Positions 12,927 to 25,773 are shown, counted from the first letter of the whole stretch. The stretch: DNA of 62,939 bases, filler included, from Basidioascus undulatus (GCA_000826855.1; 10 parts of 10 records of this genome joined end to end with filler, not necessarily neighbours in it), one strand, 5' to 3'. Made by a program: numbers and translations. Notes: a model not told the origin generated them from the letters alone.

Positions 12927-13443
12927 ATGAGCAGCGTCGACAAGCGCGCCAGCTGGTCCCGGATGGCGGGCGTGTGCCAGCACTGCTGCGCGGAACAACA
13001 GCCGGGCGGGCCCAAGCATCGCTTCTGCGGGCGCTGCAGGGAAGGTGCGTCCCTCCTCCTTCTCCTTCCATTAGAAACTACCGCAGCTCACTACTTTTAC
13101 CCAGCCAGTCGCCTACTGTTACACCGAGTGCCAAAAGAAAGACTGGCCATTCCACGAAGCGGGGTGCAGCGTCGTTGCCTCCGCCCCTCGCTGCACCGAC
13201 CCGCTCGACCGCGCGCTCGAGCTGTGGCACGTCCAGAATGGGGAGGTCCTCCATGCCGCGACGCTCTACCCATTCGATGTTTAGGAGGAGGGCTCAAGCT
13301 GCGCCAACCAGGCACACCGCCTCGTCCTTCGACCCATCAGCCTCGACCCGCCCCAGTTCTTGCCGGTCGAGTACGAGGTTCTGCCGCTGGAGCTCATGAA
13401 GGAGATGCTGCGAGAGACTGGAAGGAGTTCAGGTGCGCAATGA
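12927..13443 (+). pseudogene. MYND-type zinc finger protein with probable premature stop
   Basis: Spliced (intron ~13045-13108) CQHC...FCGRCRE-VAYCYTECQKKDWPFHEAGC fits the MYND consensus. In-frame TAG at 13282-13284, after which the frame continues as protein-like sequence (PPQFLPVEYEVLPLELMKEML). Confidence 0.7.
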
Positions 13444-14990
13444 GGAGGTAGGTTGCAATGGAAGTCGTAGAACGTGGACGTGGACGTAAGAGCTACCCAT
13501 TAGCACGCCGCCTGGCGGACCTCGTTGCGCATGGCGCACCGAAGGAACGCACGCGGGCCGCTCAGAGATTGAATCTGGTCAGGTTACCCCAGGACTTCCA
13601 TACTGATGCCGCAAAAATGGTTCTGTGAATCTGAGAAGGCCTTTCGTATGAAGCACTAGAGTCTAGGTGTGACAGTCCGCTTTCAGACGATGTGCAACTG
13701 ATCATCCCTTTGTGGCCCAATGGTTTCCTGTATCTTCTACTAGCAGCTGTGTTTATTTCTATCTTACATAATTGGGCGCTTCACCCTGCTTGGCCTCGAG
13801 CTACTCTTGTAGCTCAATCATCCTCGATGAACATTGTCCAGTCCACGTCAGTGCCCACTTGCTCGAAAAGATACGCTGCAGCTGTGAATTTTCCCAGGAC
13901 ATCAGCTTTGGTGGATATAAGAAACTGTTAACTTTTCTGCTCTTGAAAACCACTGCGCCATCGACCTCCCGCGACTGCTGCGCTCGGCAGGTGTCCAGGT
14001 GCGACACGAGCTCCTCGACTTATACGCCTCCAGTATGCACGAGAAGGTCCGACCAGCAAGGAAGGTGGGATCATGACTGTTTACCTGTGGGAATCTGGCT
14101 TGTTGGTAATGCGTTCATGTCGAGCTGGCCCATCATGAAGATGAGCTCGTTCCAGCTGCGCCGCCTTTCCCATGCCGCTCACCTTCCAAGCAGCATCTTC
14201 CACCTTCCAGTCTTGCAGACATCTATGTAATCTCTTATACTTGCCGTGTTGGCCTTGTATGCTTCTGCACTGAGGGTCCCCTACAACTTCCGGCCTCCGA
14301 AGCGGACTGACATTGTATCCACACATGCAAGACCTATCCAAACATGCAAGACCATCATGGAGATCTGCCGTAGTCGAGGTTTGCAACAAATGTACAAATG
14401 TGGCTGTGCGCTCATTTCAACTTGCGCAGGCGTGCTCATTGCTCTGGGAGCACTAGTGTTGACGCTTTGGCCCAGTATGCTTTGCTTGGAAGAACAGGTG
14501 AACTTATTGAGCAAGGAGATGCTTCTCAGTGCGCTTGTTGTTCAGAAATAGAGAGGTTGCGGCGAGGTGAAAAGAAGGGTACCTTTGCATCGCATCGAGG
14601 CCCGAGGCCGTGCGCTGAACATAAAATGCGTCGCGGGCCGTCAGGCGCAGCGAGGCGGGCTGTCAGGCCGTCTGCAACCCGTCCCCACCCTCAACCTTCA
14701 CCTCCTCCTCCTCCCTGCGCAGTCCTTGCTATTTCGCGATCAATATTCGCTAATCGCACGCCCTCCCGTCGCCGGTCCCGGCGTCGAACGCGCACCCACC
14801 GACAGCGTCACTCGCACACATACCCACACACCCATCATCCAACTGCCATCACACTCGCTTGCTTTCTCATACTCCTCTAGGAACGAACCCTCACGACTAC
14901 GACCCACTCCCGCGCGCGACGCTGCAGTCGCTGTCTTTCTTCCGATACCCAATCCATTCTATTCGACTACCATACCTTCCATACCCCGCC

Positions 14991-15336
14991 ATGTCCAGCT
15001 TCGGTGCGCGCGCCCACCACGCGCCGTCCGGGTTCGAGTACCGCAGACGGCAGGACTCGTGCCTCCCCTGCGACCAGTCCCCCGCGCCGTGCTCGTGCAA
15101 AGACGGCCAGCAATGTGTGCTCATTTCCCGGTAAGTATCCTTTCTTCTCCCTCTGCTATTGGAAGCGCGTAGGCGGGTTGTTTAGGATGGCGGAACGAGC
15201 AACAACCCTCCTTCCCCTGAGGCTGACCTCTTCCCCGCGTGCGCGCTCCAGAACATGCAACCAGTGCCCGTACAACACCTGCATCGGCTCGCCCTCCGAC
15301 GGCGGGGGCGGGGGCGGGATGCTTGGGTTAGGTTAG
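14991..15336 (+). pseudogene. OPY2: Truncated Opy2-like membrane anchor: Cys-rich N-terminal domain only, no TM or cytoplasmic tail
   Basis: Exons 14991-15130 and 15252-15336 give SCLPCDQSPAPCSCKDGQQCVLISRTCNQCPYNTC (8-Cys Opy2 pattern), then a Gly linker and stop TAG at 15334-15336. Confidence 0.65.
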
Positions 15337-15852
15337 GATTAGCTGCAAGTGCCCTTGGCGGGGACGTTCCGAAAATGCTATGTTCCCAAGCATGTTTTCC
15401 GCACACTGGAAAGGCTTGATCGGCGCTGTGCCCATCAGCCACCCATGCACGTAGCGCTTGAAAGCGCGTCTGCAAGTCAGGCCCCACTCGCCCCCTCCAT
15501 TACTGTTTCTCTTCTTTCTCGGGTATTGTTTCCTCTTTTAAACAGTCCAAGGAACGGAGTGTCTGGCAGATCTTTCCGGGTCGTCGAAATACCCACCGAC
15601 GAGGAACAGCGGCCAAGGACTCCGTGTCGGACGGCTGCGATATGTGCCACTGTGATAGTGCGCCCGTTGATGAATGTCGAGCTTGTCCTGTTCTGATACA
15701 CTGCTTTGACCGACTTGACTGTTGGTCTGTCTGCCCTCGAAAGGGAATATATAATACAATGCCATGGGTGCAAGACGAATGCGCGTGTGAACCGGGTATG
15801 TGGAACCGGACTAGGAATACAAAGTAGGAAATGAAGCGTCTATTGAGCCATA

Positions 15853-17960
15853 TTATGAAGATAAGCTGTGGAAAGAGCGCGGTTCAATGTCAGCGTGGGT
15901 TGGGGAGGGAAAATGAAAGTGAAAACGCACTTGTGCAGATGTCCGTCGCTCACGCAGGTTGTTCCTTCGCCGAAGACTTGTCGGCGGTACCCAAAGTTAC
16001 AGCTCGCTGGGCAGAGAGCTATCAGTTCAGCCGTGGAACTGCGCGACATGGAGAAAAAAAGGAACACGCACAGACCAAGCATAATCCGCTCTGGCACGTC
16101 ACACCCGAAACGTGCGGCAGGCGTGTGCAGTCGAGGCCTCCCGCGCCGATGCACCCTCCGCACGACCACAAGTCATTCTTTATGCGGTCCACAATCAGTA
16201 TTTCTGCGCAGTTGGAGAGAGGTAAGGAAAAAACAGGAAACGCACCTCCGTGTCCACGCACGCCCAAGCGAACGACTTGCCCTTCGGGACGTGGCAGCGC
16301 TCGAAGCCATCTTCGCATGCGTCGAACGACAGGCGAGCGGAAGGCTCGTACTGGTTCGTAAGAGCAAAACCCGGAGAGGAGGACGGCTTCTTCTTCTTCC
16401 CGCCCCGGAGGCGCTGCGGGCGGTCCTTTTTCCGGCTCGGGCCGGAGGGGATGCCTGGTGTGCAGAGTGTGATTAGGCCCAGGAAACGGGATGGGCATGA
16501 GAAGTGTGAGAGAGCGTACAGTCTCCTATGGGCGATTGTGGGTCGGGGTGATAGCCGGTACCGCATTTGCGCTCGCCTGCTCATGGACGTTAGAAGCTGG
16601 AAAGGAGGAGAGCATGTAGGAGTGTGAAACGTACATTCGCCGCTCATCGCGTTGTTTTGCTGCCCGTCTGGACATACGGGCCAGCACTCTGAGACGGAGA
16701 CATGTTCATGAGTTTCTCGCTGAGTCAGGCGCTTGCCAGTTGGGAAAACCTCACCGTCTCCCTCGTACGAGTTTCTCTGCAAAGTGTCAAGTCAGTCAGT
16801 ATCATAGTTTGTATTCAGGGACGAGGTTGATATTATGAACGTACCTGTCCTTCCGGGCAGATGGGAATGCATTTGCCTGTTAGGATGTACTCTTTGTAGC
16901 CGGGGAGACAAGTACCTGCCAGGCAGCCCCCATTGCCAGTCAGCATCGGCCCGTTTACAGAGGCCAAGATCGACCCACAGAGTCCAGTATTTGCGTCATG
17001 GAACTCGTTCTCCGCACAGATCTTGAGGCCTGAAGTGAGGTCAGGTCAGCGACGGCGGTGCGAGAGGGTGGACGAATGACTGGTGAAGAACTCACATGGA
17101 AGGGAACCATACCCCTCCACGTTCGGTCGGTAGCCCCAATCACACTGAGCCTGACAGCGACCGTTCACCATCTCCTCGCCCTCCCTGCAACTGGGCGCCG
17201 TACACGCCCACTGCCCCGCGAACTGAACACAGGCCGGCACGACGCCGGAGGTTGCCTGCGTGAGGCAGTTGTTCTGAGAGCCCCCAGCGCCGCACCATAG
17301 TCAGCATCCCAAGTCTATAATTACTGCATGAAACTTCTCGGACTTTTGTGCTCCCACATGCTTGCGCGACGGTGACATCGATACAAGCCACAATGCCTCC
17401 CCTCGGCCCGTACTCCGCCGCGTACCCATCCGGACAGGCTGTGGGCAGTGTTGGGTACGTGAAAGCTGTATGACGAGGCATTATCGTAAGTCTATTTTCA
17501 ATCCATGGAAGGGAACACGAATAAGAACTCACAAAAGCTGCAGCTCTCGGCTTTCCCGTCCGGACTCTCCCAGCATCCCGCCGCCCCCATCCCGCTTTGA
17601 TCGATAGCACAGGGTTGGAAGCCGTTTTGAAGGTACGGCTGGAGCTCGTCCCCGTCCTCCCCGTTCGGGACGCACTGGCACATGGCCAATGCTGTGCTCG
17701 TCGCAAGCGACGCGGAGAGGCTCGACGCGGCGGCGAACAGGGCCGATGTCCCGAATGGGCACACAGAAACGGTGCCGTACATCGTTGAGCGAAAACAGGG
17801 AGATGGATCCGATGGGTCGAGAGGGCTGTAGGGAGGTGAATATAGTCGTGTCAACCAAGAGAACGAAGGGATGCCGTGCCGATACGACGCCGGAACACAT
17901 GCCACGCCGACGAGAGGACAAGCCCTGGCTAGCGCCTGCGACTACGAGGGGGCTGAACAT
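15853..17960 (-). CDS. Cys-rich protein with C-terminal CPL1/PriA-like domain, about 10 or more exons (5' end uncertain)
   Basis: C-terminal spliced sequence WACVDTE-NDLWSCGGCIGAGGLDCTRLPHVSGVTCQSGLCLV-SCNFGY matches the basidiomycete CPL1/PriA pattern (CVD...L.SCGGC...G.DC....V..V.C..G.C...SC..GY). It is preceded by tandem CxxxC-x2-G..G.C repeats. Confidence 0.75.
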
Positions 17961-18204
17961 TAATGTGCATGAGCAAGTGTATTTAAAGGGTTGTAAGTTG
18001 AGTGTAAGCGTGCCATAGAACCGTGTTTTAGTGTTGGTACGGTCGAAGGAGAAGGCGGCGTCGAAGAGAGTTTCATAAAGGCGTACCTGCCTCGCGAGTG
18101 CTCATACAGCTAATTTAGCCCATTTCTGTAGTTTCGCGGCACCAATTTGGGCATGAGTTGCATGTTATTTCTCCTACATACAGCTGATTTGAACGACCCA
18201 GGTC

Positions 18205-21200
18205 TTGTCGACAAGTCATCCAAGCGGATCCTGGGTTGTCTTATTGGAGTCGATCCGTTCGGAGTTGAAGCCTCGTCTTCCGGCCGACAATGAAGACGTT
18301 CAAAGAGCATCGTACGACTATAGAGCACAGCCGTATATGAATCTTCCAAGAGTATCATTTTCCAGAAGACCAAGCAAGAATTACAAAAGACACCATACAA
18401 AGGTGGCTCTCAACGCCGACAACTGTTTGACATTGTACTGCGTACATGGTATCGCCCCTTGTGATTTCGATCCAAAGCCGTCCTCTTATACTGAAGAATC
18501 TGTACCACTCTACGACATACGCCCTCAGTTACCCAAAGCCTACATGGAAACCCCCTCTTGTCCCGTCGGCCGCCTCGATTCATGTTTCCCTTTCACTTTC
18601 CCCTTCCGACTATGCGTTTCGCTCTTTCCCGCCGAAGGATCCCATAGAGATGGGTATACTGTAGCTTACAAGGAGAAGAGAACGGAGCGTTGTTTGCTTG
18701 CGACCCAGGAATGGGTGGGGCTGAAACGCGCCTTCCTATTCATAAGCCGACGAGACTGCTTGTCGTCTTCAAAGCGACTCCTGAGTCGGTTCATCTTTGG
18801 TGACCCCAGTCGCGCACGCAATGCCACGCGTTCACGTAATTAAACGGTCCTTTCTCTTTCGAGCAGAGTCCGCCCCCCTGTTGCATGTGTTTTGCGAGAG
18901 TCTGCTCGCAAATGGCTGACGAAAGATGGAGTCACCTACGGTGCATGAGTATTTATTATCTTCGCGTCATCCGTCCTGGCCAAGTTTGTACACCCTACCT
19001 GTATTTGTTCGGTTTGAGTTGAAGCGGCATCTTCTTCCAAGCCGACTTCTCGGGCCCGGAGATTCTTATTCGTTCAATTGCCCCCCAACGCCTCACCAGA
19101 CCAGAATGCCTGTCACATTCCCCATGACCGGCCTGCGTGCCGATCATTACACAGTCTCACCGCCGCCGTCGAGCAGCATGACCCTACCCAACCCTTTTAT
19201 CAGCTTTCCTTCCCGACGGCACATGGGCCTGTCAAGAGACTCCGCCTGCCACAACCCGCTCAAGCCTTGAGCGAATGGTCAATGCTCGAGGACCTCCTTA
19301 CTTTGAGGTCGCTTGCGCACATCTTCCCGTCGTCCTACCATCGTCATCATCTTCTAATCACACTTTCCCTCTACCGGTCATGTACGCACATCTCGAAGAC
19401 GGCATCAGTGTCTACTACACAAGGTTCCCGTTTGTAGGAAAAGAGCAAGCCCACGATCGTGTTCCTCCAGTCAGCGTACTCCCCAGGGCGTGATCGCGTG
19501 ATCATCATGAAGGCTGATGTGACGTTGCTTAACAGTGCGGTCGCGATGGACACGAGCTTGTGAGATGATTGCCGGTGGATGCTGGCAGTGATAATGTGGA
19601 CACTCACGCGTCCTCGCCACGCTCCAAACACAGTTTGTAAGGCCCATTGCGGGTCGTCCTCTTAGGTTCTACAGCCCAGCTTACTCCATACCCTACATCT
19701 CAGTATGAAGCAGTTTGCGGATGAGCGCTTGAACAAGAACTACAACCTGGTACGGACGTTCGGTCATCACGCTGCCAACGTCGAGCTGAGCTCATCGCTG
19801 AGGTAGCTGGCCTTCGACCATCGATACGTAAGTCTCTCACGCCCGCGCTCAAACCTTATACGCAATGTTTGGGGCTCACGATATTCATCCAGAATGGCCG
19901 TACAAGGGCTCCTGTAACCCTTGGCCGTACAGCTACGACGAAAGTTCCGAAGATATCATCCGCGCATTGGACCAGATCGGTGTTCAAAAAGTGCGTAGTT
20001 GCCTTTACATCTCGTTGGGGGAATACTAAGACGAATGTCTGTGGATCAGTGCCATATTTGGGAGCTTCAAAGGGCGGCATCATGGCCTTGTGGATCGCAG
20101 CGAAGCGTCCTGCCAGCCCAGCTCCCTTACGCTTCCTGGAATCTACTCCCCGTCACAGGTAAGTTATATGGAGCTTAGAGCCGCCGGAAGTCTTTAATGA
20201 CGTTCTGTAATTGTTCCTCAGTCCCATGAGCAATTGGAAGGCATGCAAGCAATGAGAGACGAGTCTGTCACAGCCGACACTTTCCCAATTGACGTGATTG
20301 CCGGACTGTGAGCAGTTTCAATTGCATTTCACTTATCACGAGGATTGATACCAAATCTTCTGGCAGGCTCAACGACTTCTATGGGGTCTTCTCTGATAAG
20401 ACCATGATCGACGCGTTGATTGTCAAGTTCGAGAACCTCTACTCCGGAGGCGGTCATTGGCGGTGAGTGGTCATCAAACCCTTACAGCTGGGGAGCTTGA
20501 CTGACAGAACGATTAAACAGGGGGGTGCGGTCAGTGGCTACGATGAATGGAACACTCTCAATCGGCATCTGACCTGATGGGCACACGCAGCTTCTAAAAC
20601 AGTGGGGACAGCTGCTCGACCGCAAGCCGCTCACTCCCGAGCAGATTCGCAATATCACTATGCCCGTGTGCGTGACGGTGATCGTCTGAGGTGTCTGAAA
20701 CCATGACGCTGACAGAAGACCGGTCCGCAGCCGGCGATATTTCACACCCCCCCTGAGCTTTCGACCACCGTTTACCTCAACACCCTCTTCTATACGGAAC
20801 CGGAGGCGCAAGTCATTCCGGATGCCCCAAACTTCCTGTCGGAAACACATGCGAGGGAATGTATCGACATCGCCCTCCCTTTTATCGCGAAGGCGGAGAG
20901 CCGCCAGGTGATGAAATTGTCGTGATTTGCCCAGTTTTGACGGACTATTTGCTTGTTGTGCAAGAACTGCATATGTTAAATTGATCTCTGCCCAGACGTG
21001 CATGCGAGTGCAAAGCCATCGCTTCCAAAGAAGGACACGTTCGAGAGTGTGTGCACGCACGTACACCGGGGAGCTTGGGTGTGCAAAGCCCGAGAATAGT
21101 AAATTAACAATCTACACAGGGTGCCTTCCATACTTCCAGAAGAATCTAGGTCCAATTCAGCTCTGCCGCACAAGGCAACAGGTGAGCAGACTGGGATAGC

Positions 21201-21900
21201 CAGGCCAAGCGCTAGCCACTGCTGCTCTTGGGCTGATCGGAACAGGAAAGGTCTCCAGAGTAGATCATGGCAGTTCTCCTTTCTTTTATATGAAGAAGGA
21301 CCTTTCCCGGTTGCATGCTCGCGTCCCTTTGCAGTTATGAAGGCGTCCCGAGCTAATGCCCAACTCACCTTGAGCTTTTTGACGTCCGACCTGGGCTCAT
21401 GCCTGGAAGATGGCAGAGTCAGTAAAAGCGAATGTGACGGCGGTGTGGGACCTAAACTGACATTCGCCAAGCGCTCCCTGTCTGAAGCCTCAGCGTCATG
21501 AATGATGACTTTGGACGCAGGTGCGCTGGAAGAGCCTCAGTCGGCATTGGAACTGTGAATGAGCCCTCGAAGCCGTCCTCTCACTCTAAAGGTACCATGG
21601 TGGCCTTCTCCGAGAGGTCTATGAGCCGTGCGCAGAGCTGCTTGTAGAGTGCCGGTCTGCAGGCCGCTTCACCGACATCGGGAACGAAAATGAGCTTGGA
21701 GGTTTCCGTTTATTCCGAATCGTCAGTAAGGGATTATGACCGCAGCATCAGTCAGCAAGGGACTTGCTGGGATCAAATTGGGGAGACGTGAATTTCTTCC
21801 CAACAGCACATTCTGGGTCGAGCTTGACGGTCACGATGGGGAAATTCTGAGCGTCCTTAGAAAGCTGGACGACATCCTCCCAGTTGAGGGTCTCGTTTCC
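18205..21900 (+). other. Degenerate coding-like region of unknown origin (possible decayed gene or genes, or TE remnant)
   Basis: Scattered protein-like segments with GTAAGT/GTGAGT donors (19828, 20159, 20463) interrupted by many stops. Less GC-rich than the housekeeping genes. No family recognised. Confidence 0.2.
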
Positions 21901-22623
21901 TGAAGGGAGCATAAGCGTACCTCGACCTCAATCATATCTTCCGGCGGGAGAAAGTACTCGGGGAAGGGGCTTTCCCTTTCCGCTTACACACCCAGAGATA
22001 TTATAGCGCATCCCACGCGAGCCGTAGTACCACGTGCGCAACGGCACAGAGAGCGTCTCGGAAGCCAAAGCGGAGTTTGACGGAGCTGCAGACTGCAATG
22101 GAGCCAGTCAGAGATGGGGAATGCCCACCTTGAGAGCAAGGAAGGCATGTGCGAAATGGGAGGGCGGGTATGGGAGAAACTGCACACCTCCGTGCCGCGA
22201 CCGCTCCCAGCCAGCGTAGCTTTCATCCGGTGGTGGACGGCGGCTAAACGCTCAAGTGCATTTGCCAGAACGTCGTCCTTCTCCTCCGTAGCCTGACGCT
22301 TGCGCTCCCGATATTCAGCTGCTGGATCTCGACGGCGAGTCCGTCCCTCTCCCGCTGCTCGACATGAACAATGTTCAGCCTCTCTCCCTGTATCTGGTTT
22401 AAACAGAGCGCAAAGAATGACCAATAACCCGTAAAGCCGCCAGCTCCTCGGACGCCTTATGCTCCTCGTCTTGTGCCATCTCCCGCAGGCGGTGGATCGT
22501 GACAGCCTGCTCGGTGACGACGTCGCGGAGCATGCGAAGCTCATCGTTGAGGGAGGCGAATGATTAGAGGCCTTGGGGATGAAACATCCTTAACCTATTC
22601 TCAAACTTTAAATATGTAAGAAG

Positions 22624-22723
22624 NNNNNNNNNNNNNNNNNNNNNNNNNNNNNNNNNNNNNNNNNNNNTTAATTAATTAANNNNNNNNNNNNNNNNNNNNN
22701 NNNNNNNNNNNNNNNNNNNNNNN
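22624..22723. other. Artificial contig linker
   Basis: N44-TTAATTAATTAA-N44, with stops in all six frames. Confidence 0.99.
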
Positions 22724-24831
22724 GGCCGGCGCGGCGGGCGCGGGCTCGGACGAGAAGGGGAAGAAGAAGCGCGCTCCGGCGGGCGATGCGGGGGCGAAGG
22801 GCGCGAGCAAGGTGCGTTCTCTTGTTACTGGTGTGTGACAAAGGGGGCGTGGGCCCAGACTGATGAGTGGGCGCTTGGGTGCTGGGACAGGCCAAGAAGC
22901 CGAAGCACACGCACAAGCCCGACGCGTCCCCTCCTCCGTCCTCCGCGCAGGCCTCGCAAGCCGCGCAGCAAGCGTCCTCCGCGCAGGCGCAACTCCGCCC
23001 CGACTCAGACGTCTATGCGCATCCGCCGTTCCCCTCCGGCGCGGTCTCCTCAGCGCCCGCAGCGCCCGCCGTGCAGCCCGTGCTCGTGCCCCCTCTGCCA
23101 GCGGACAAGTCGCTCGCGACGCTGGAGGAGATGGCGTTCTTCGACCGGGCGAAGAAGTTCATCGACGACAAGGCGACGTACCACGAGTTCCTCAAGCTTC
23201 TCAACCTCTTCACGCAGGACATCATCGACGTCCGCGTCCTCGTCGATCGCGCCGAGCTCTTCATTGGCGAGAGCCGCGAGCTCTGGGACTTCTTCAAGAC
23301 CATGGTGGGCGCCAGCCCCGGTGGCGCAGAGAACCTCCCCGCGATTGAGAGATCGAAGATCGAGCTCGAGGAATGTAAGAAGTACGGGCCCAGCTATCGG
23401 AAGCTGCCGCAGACGGTGCGTTCGTGTTTTTTGCACGCTCGGAGGGACGGTGGCTGATTGGATGAAGTTGGGGTGGGTGGGACACAGGAGGTCAGCCTCT
23501 CGTGCTCCGGCCGGGACGCGATGTGCTGGGAGGTTCTGAACGACGAGTGGGTGTCGCACCCGACGTGGGCGTCCGAGGACTCGGGCTTCGTCGCGCACCG
23601 CAAAAACCACTACGAGGAGGCGCTACACAAATCCGAAGAAGAGCGGCACGAGTACGACTACCACATTGAGGCAAACCTGCGCACGATCGCTTTGCTCGAG
23701 CCGATCGCGGCACGCATCGCAGCGATGGACGCGGACGAGCGCGCGGCGTTCCGCCTGAAGCCTGGGCTGGGCGGCCAGAGCAAGAGCATCTACCAGCGCA
23801 TCATCAAGAAGATCTATGGCCGCGAGCAGGGGCTCGAGGTCATCCAGGCGCTGCACGAGAACCCCGCCGTCGCGGTGCCCGTGGTGCTTAATCGGTTGAA
23901 GGCGAAGGACGAGGAGTGGAAGAGGGCGCAGAGGGAGTGGAATAAGGTGTGGAGAGAGGTGGATGCGAAGAACTTTTATAAGGCACTCGATCATCAGGCG
24001 ATTCTGTGGAAGCAGAAGTGCGTCGCTCTTTAACTCCCAATCCTTCGCAACATCCTCCCTGTCCTCCCCGTCCTCCCCCTTCTCATTCGCCTCCCGGTGC
24101 CCCATTGTGGAGATGGGAATGCTCATTCGGACGCTTCGGTTCACAGCGACAAGAAGAACCTGACCGCCAAGCACCTCATCTCGGAAATCGAGGCGCTGCG
24201 GCGCGAGCAGACGCAGCGGCGGTACGCTCTCGACCCGAACTCGGTCAAGGGCGTCGGGCGGCAGCGGCACCAGTTCGCTTTCCGGCTGACGGACACTGAC
24301 GTCCTCCTCGACGCGCTCAAACTTGTCTTCTCCTTCCTCGACCGCACGGCGGGCACGTACTCGACCCCCGAGCGCGAGCGCATCGAGTCCGCCCTCCGCA
24401 TCCTCGTCCCCACCTTCTTCTGCCTCGACAAGCACGAAATCGACGCGGCGCTCGCGCTCGCGCCTGTGGACGACGAGGAGGACGAGGCGGAGGACGAGGA
24501 CGAGGACGTCGCCGCTGGGGGCGGGCGCCGCGCGGGGTCCGCCGGCGCGTCGAGGAAGGGCGGCCGAGACGGCGGGGACCTCCGCAAGAAGGTCCTCATG
24601 GGCGCGCAGTCCCATTCGAACGGTCGCGGCAAGGGCCGCGCGTCCGCCGCGTCGGCATCGGCGAGCAACCCCCCCAGTCCCGCCGGGAGGGACGCGCGCG
24701 CGGAGAGCCCTGCAGGCGCGGAGGACGTCGAGATGGTCGCTGCGGACGAGGCGGAGACTGAGAAGGACGAGGGCGAGCAGGAGCAGCCCGCCGCTGCTGG
24801 GGATGACGCCGAGGCGGACAACACGTGGATC
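22724..24831 (+). CDS. SIN3: Sin3 transcriptional co-repressor, internal fragment (PAH domain plus HDAC-interaction domain)
   Basis: EMAFFDRAKKFIDDKATYHEFLKLLNLFTQDII (PAH), GPSYRKLP, CSGRDAMCWEVLNDEWVSHPTWASEDSGFVAHRKNHYEEALHKSEEERHEYD and AVAVPVVLNRLKAKDEEWKRAQREWNKVWREVDAKNFYKALDHQ. Introns at about 22812-22890, 23416-23487 and 24019-24146. Confidence 0.97.
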
Positions 24832-24931
24832 NNNNNNNNNNNNNNNNNNNNNNNNNNNNNNNNNNNNNNNNNNNNTTAATTAATTAANNNNNNNNNNNNN
24901 NNNNNNNNNNNNNNNNNNNNNNNNNNNNNNN
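24832..24931. other. Artificial contig linker
   Basis: N44-TTAATTAATTAA-N44. Confidence 0.99.
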
Positions 24932-25773
24932 TGAGTTATCGAGCGGAGCGGAGCGGAGCAGAAAAGGAAGGTGGGGGGCAGGAGAGGGGGAGGAGGGGAA
25001 GAAGGAAGACGCACGATCGACCCGCTCGCCGAACCGCACACGTTCGGCTCGTCCTCAAGTGGCTGTCCAGCCGGAGGCGCAGGGGTATGGAGGTACCGTG
25101 GTTCATGCCAGACCGGCGGGCCCGCATTAACCGAAACCGTGATGATCAGCGCAACGCCGAGGAGGGCGACACGCGCCCACTCGAGCAGGGCGGGCCGTTC
25201 GCGCCCGGGGATGACGGCGAGTGCGAAGCGGGCTGCGAGCGCGACGGCGAGGAGGGTGGAGAGGTGGAGGAGGATCGACCAGTGTTTGGCGGGGGAGCGC
25301 GTGCGGAGGAGGAGGAATGCGAGGGGCGGGAGGAACGAGTAGGAGAGGAGGAGAAGGAGGGAGGAGGTTAGGTGGAAGGCGGTGTGGGGGGCGGGGAGGG
25401 AGAGGCCGAGCGTGAGCGCTTGGAGGATCGGTAGCGGGGTGAGGAGGAGGAGGAGGAGGAGGAGCTCGAGGAGGTTCGTCTGCGGGTTGTGTCAGGCTTG
25501 TTCGAAAGGGGAAGGAAGGAGGGAAGGGAGGCAGCGCACCTTGGACCAGAACGCCTTCTCTCGCACCGGCACGCCCTCGCCCTCGTCGCTCTCATCCAGC
25601 CGCTCAAACGGGTCGCACTTCCCGCCTTTCCCAGACGAAACTGGCAGGTACCCGTTCGCCTCCTCGGACTTTGGAGGGCGCGAGGGGGAGATGAGGATGG
25701 CGGAGGAGACGAGCGCGGTCGCGAGGACGATGGTCGACGTCGCTAGGTCCGCTGTGGCCGTCGCGCTCGGCAT
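24932..25773 (-). CDS. ABCC/MRP-type ABC transporter, N-terminal membrane region (partial)
   Basis: ATG at 25773; DPF...EGVPVREKAFWSK, then an exon with several Leu-rich TM helices ending GPPVWHEPRYLH...PNVCGSASGSI, as in the N-termini of basidiomycete ABCC transporters. No NBD in the window. Confidence 0.6.

Noticed and set aside
1..15336. atf1 and the OPY2 fragment as a HOG-pathway gene cluster
   Set aside because: They are 14 kb apart with unrelated genes between, and OPY2 is truncated; most likely coincidence.
22668..22679. Recurrent TTAATTAATTAA palindrome as a biological repeat or piggyBac TTAA site
   Set aside because: It is always centred in exactly 44+44 N, so it is a six-frame-stop assembly spacer.
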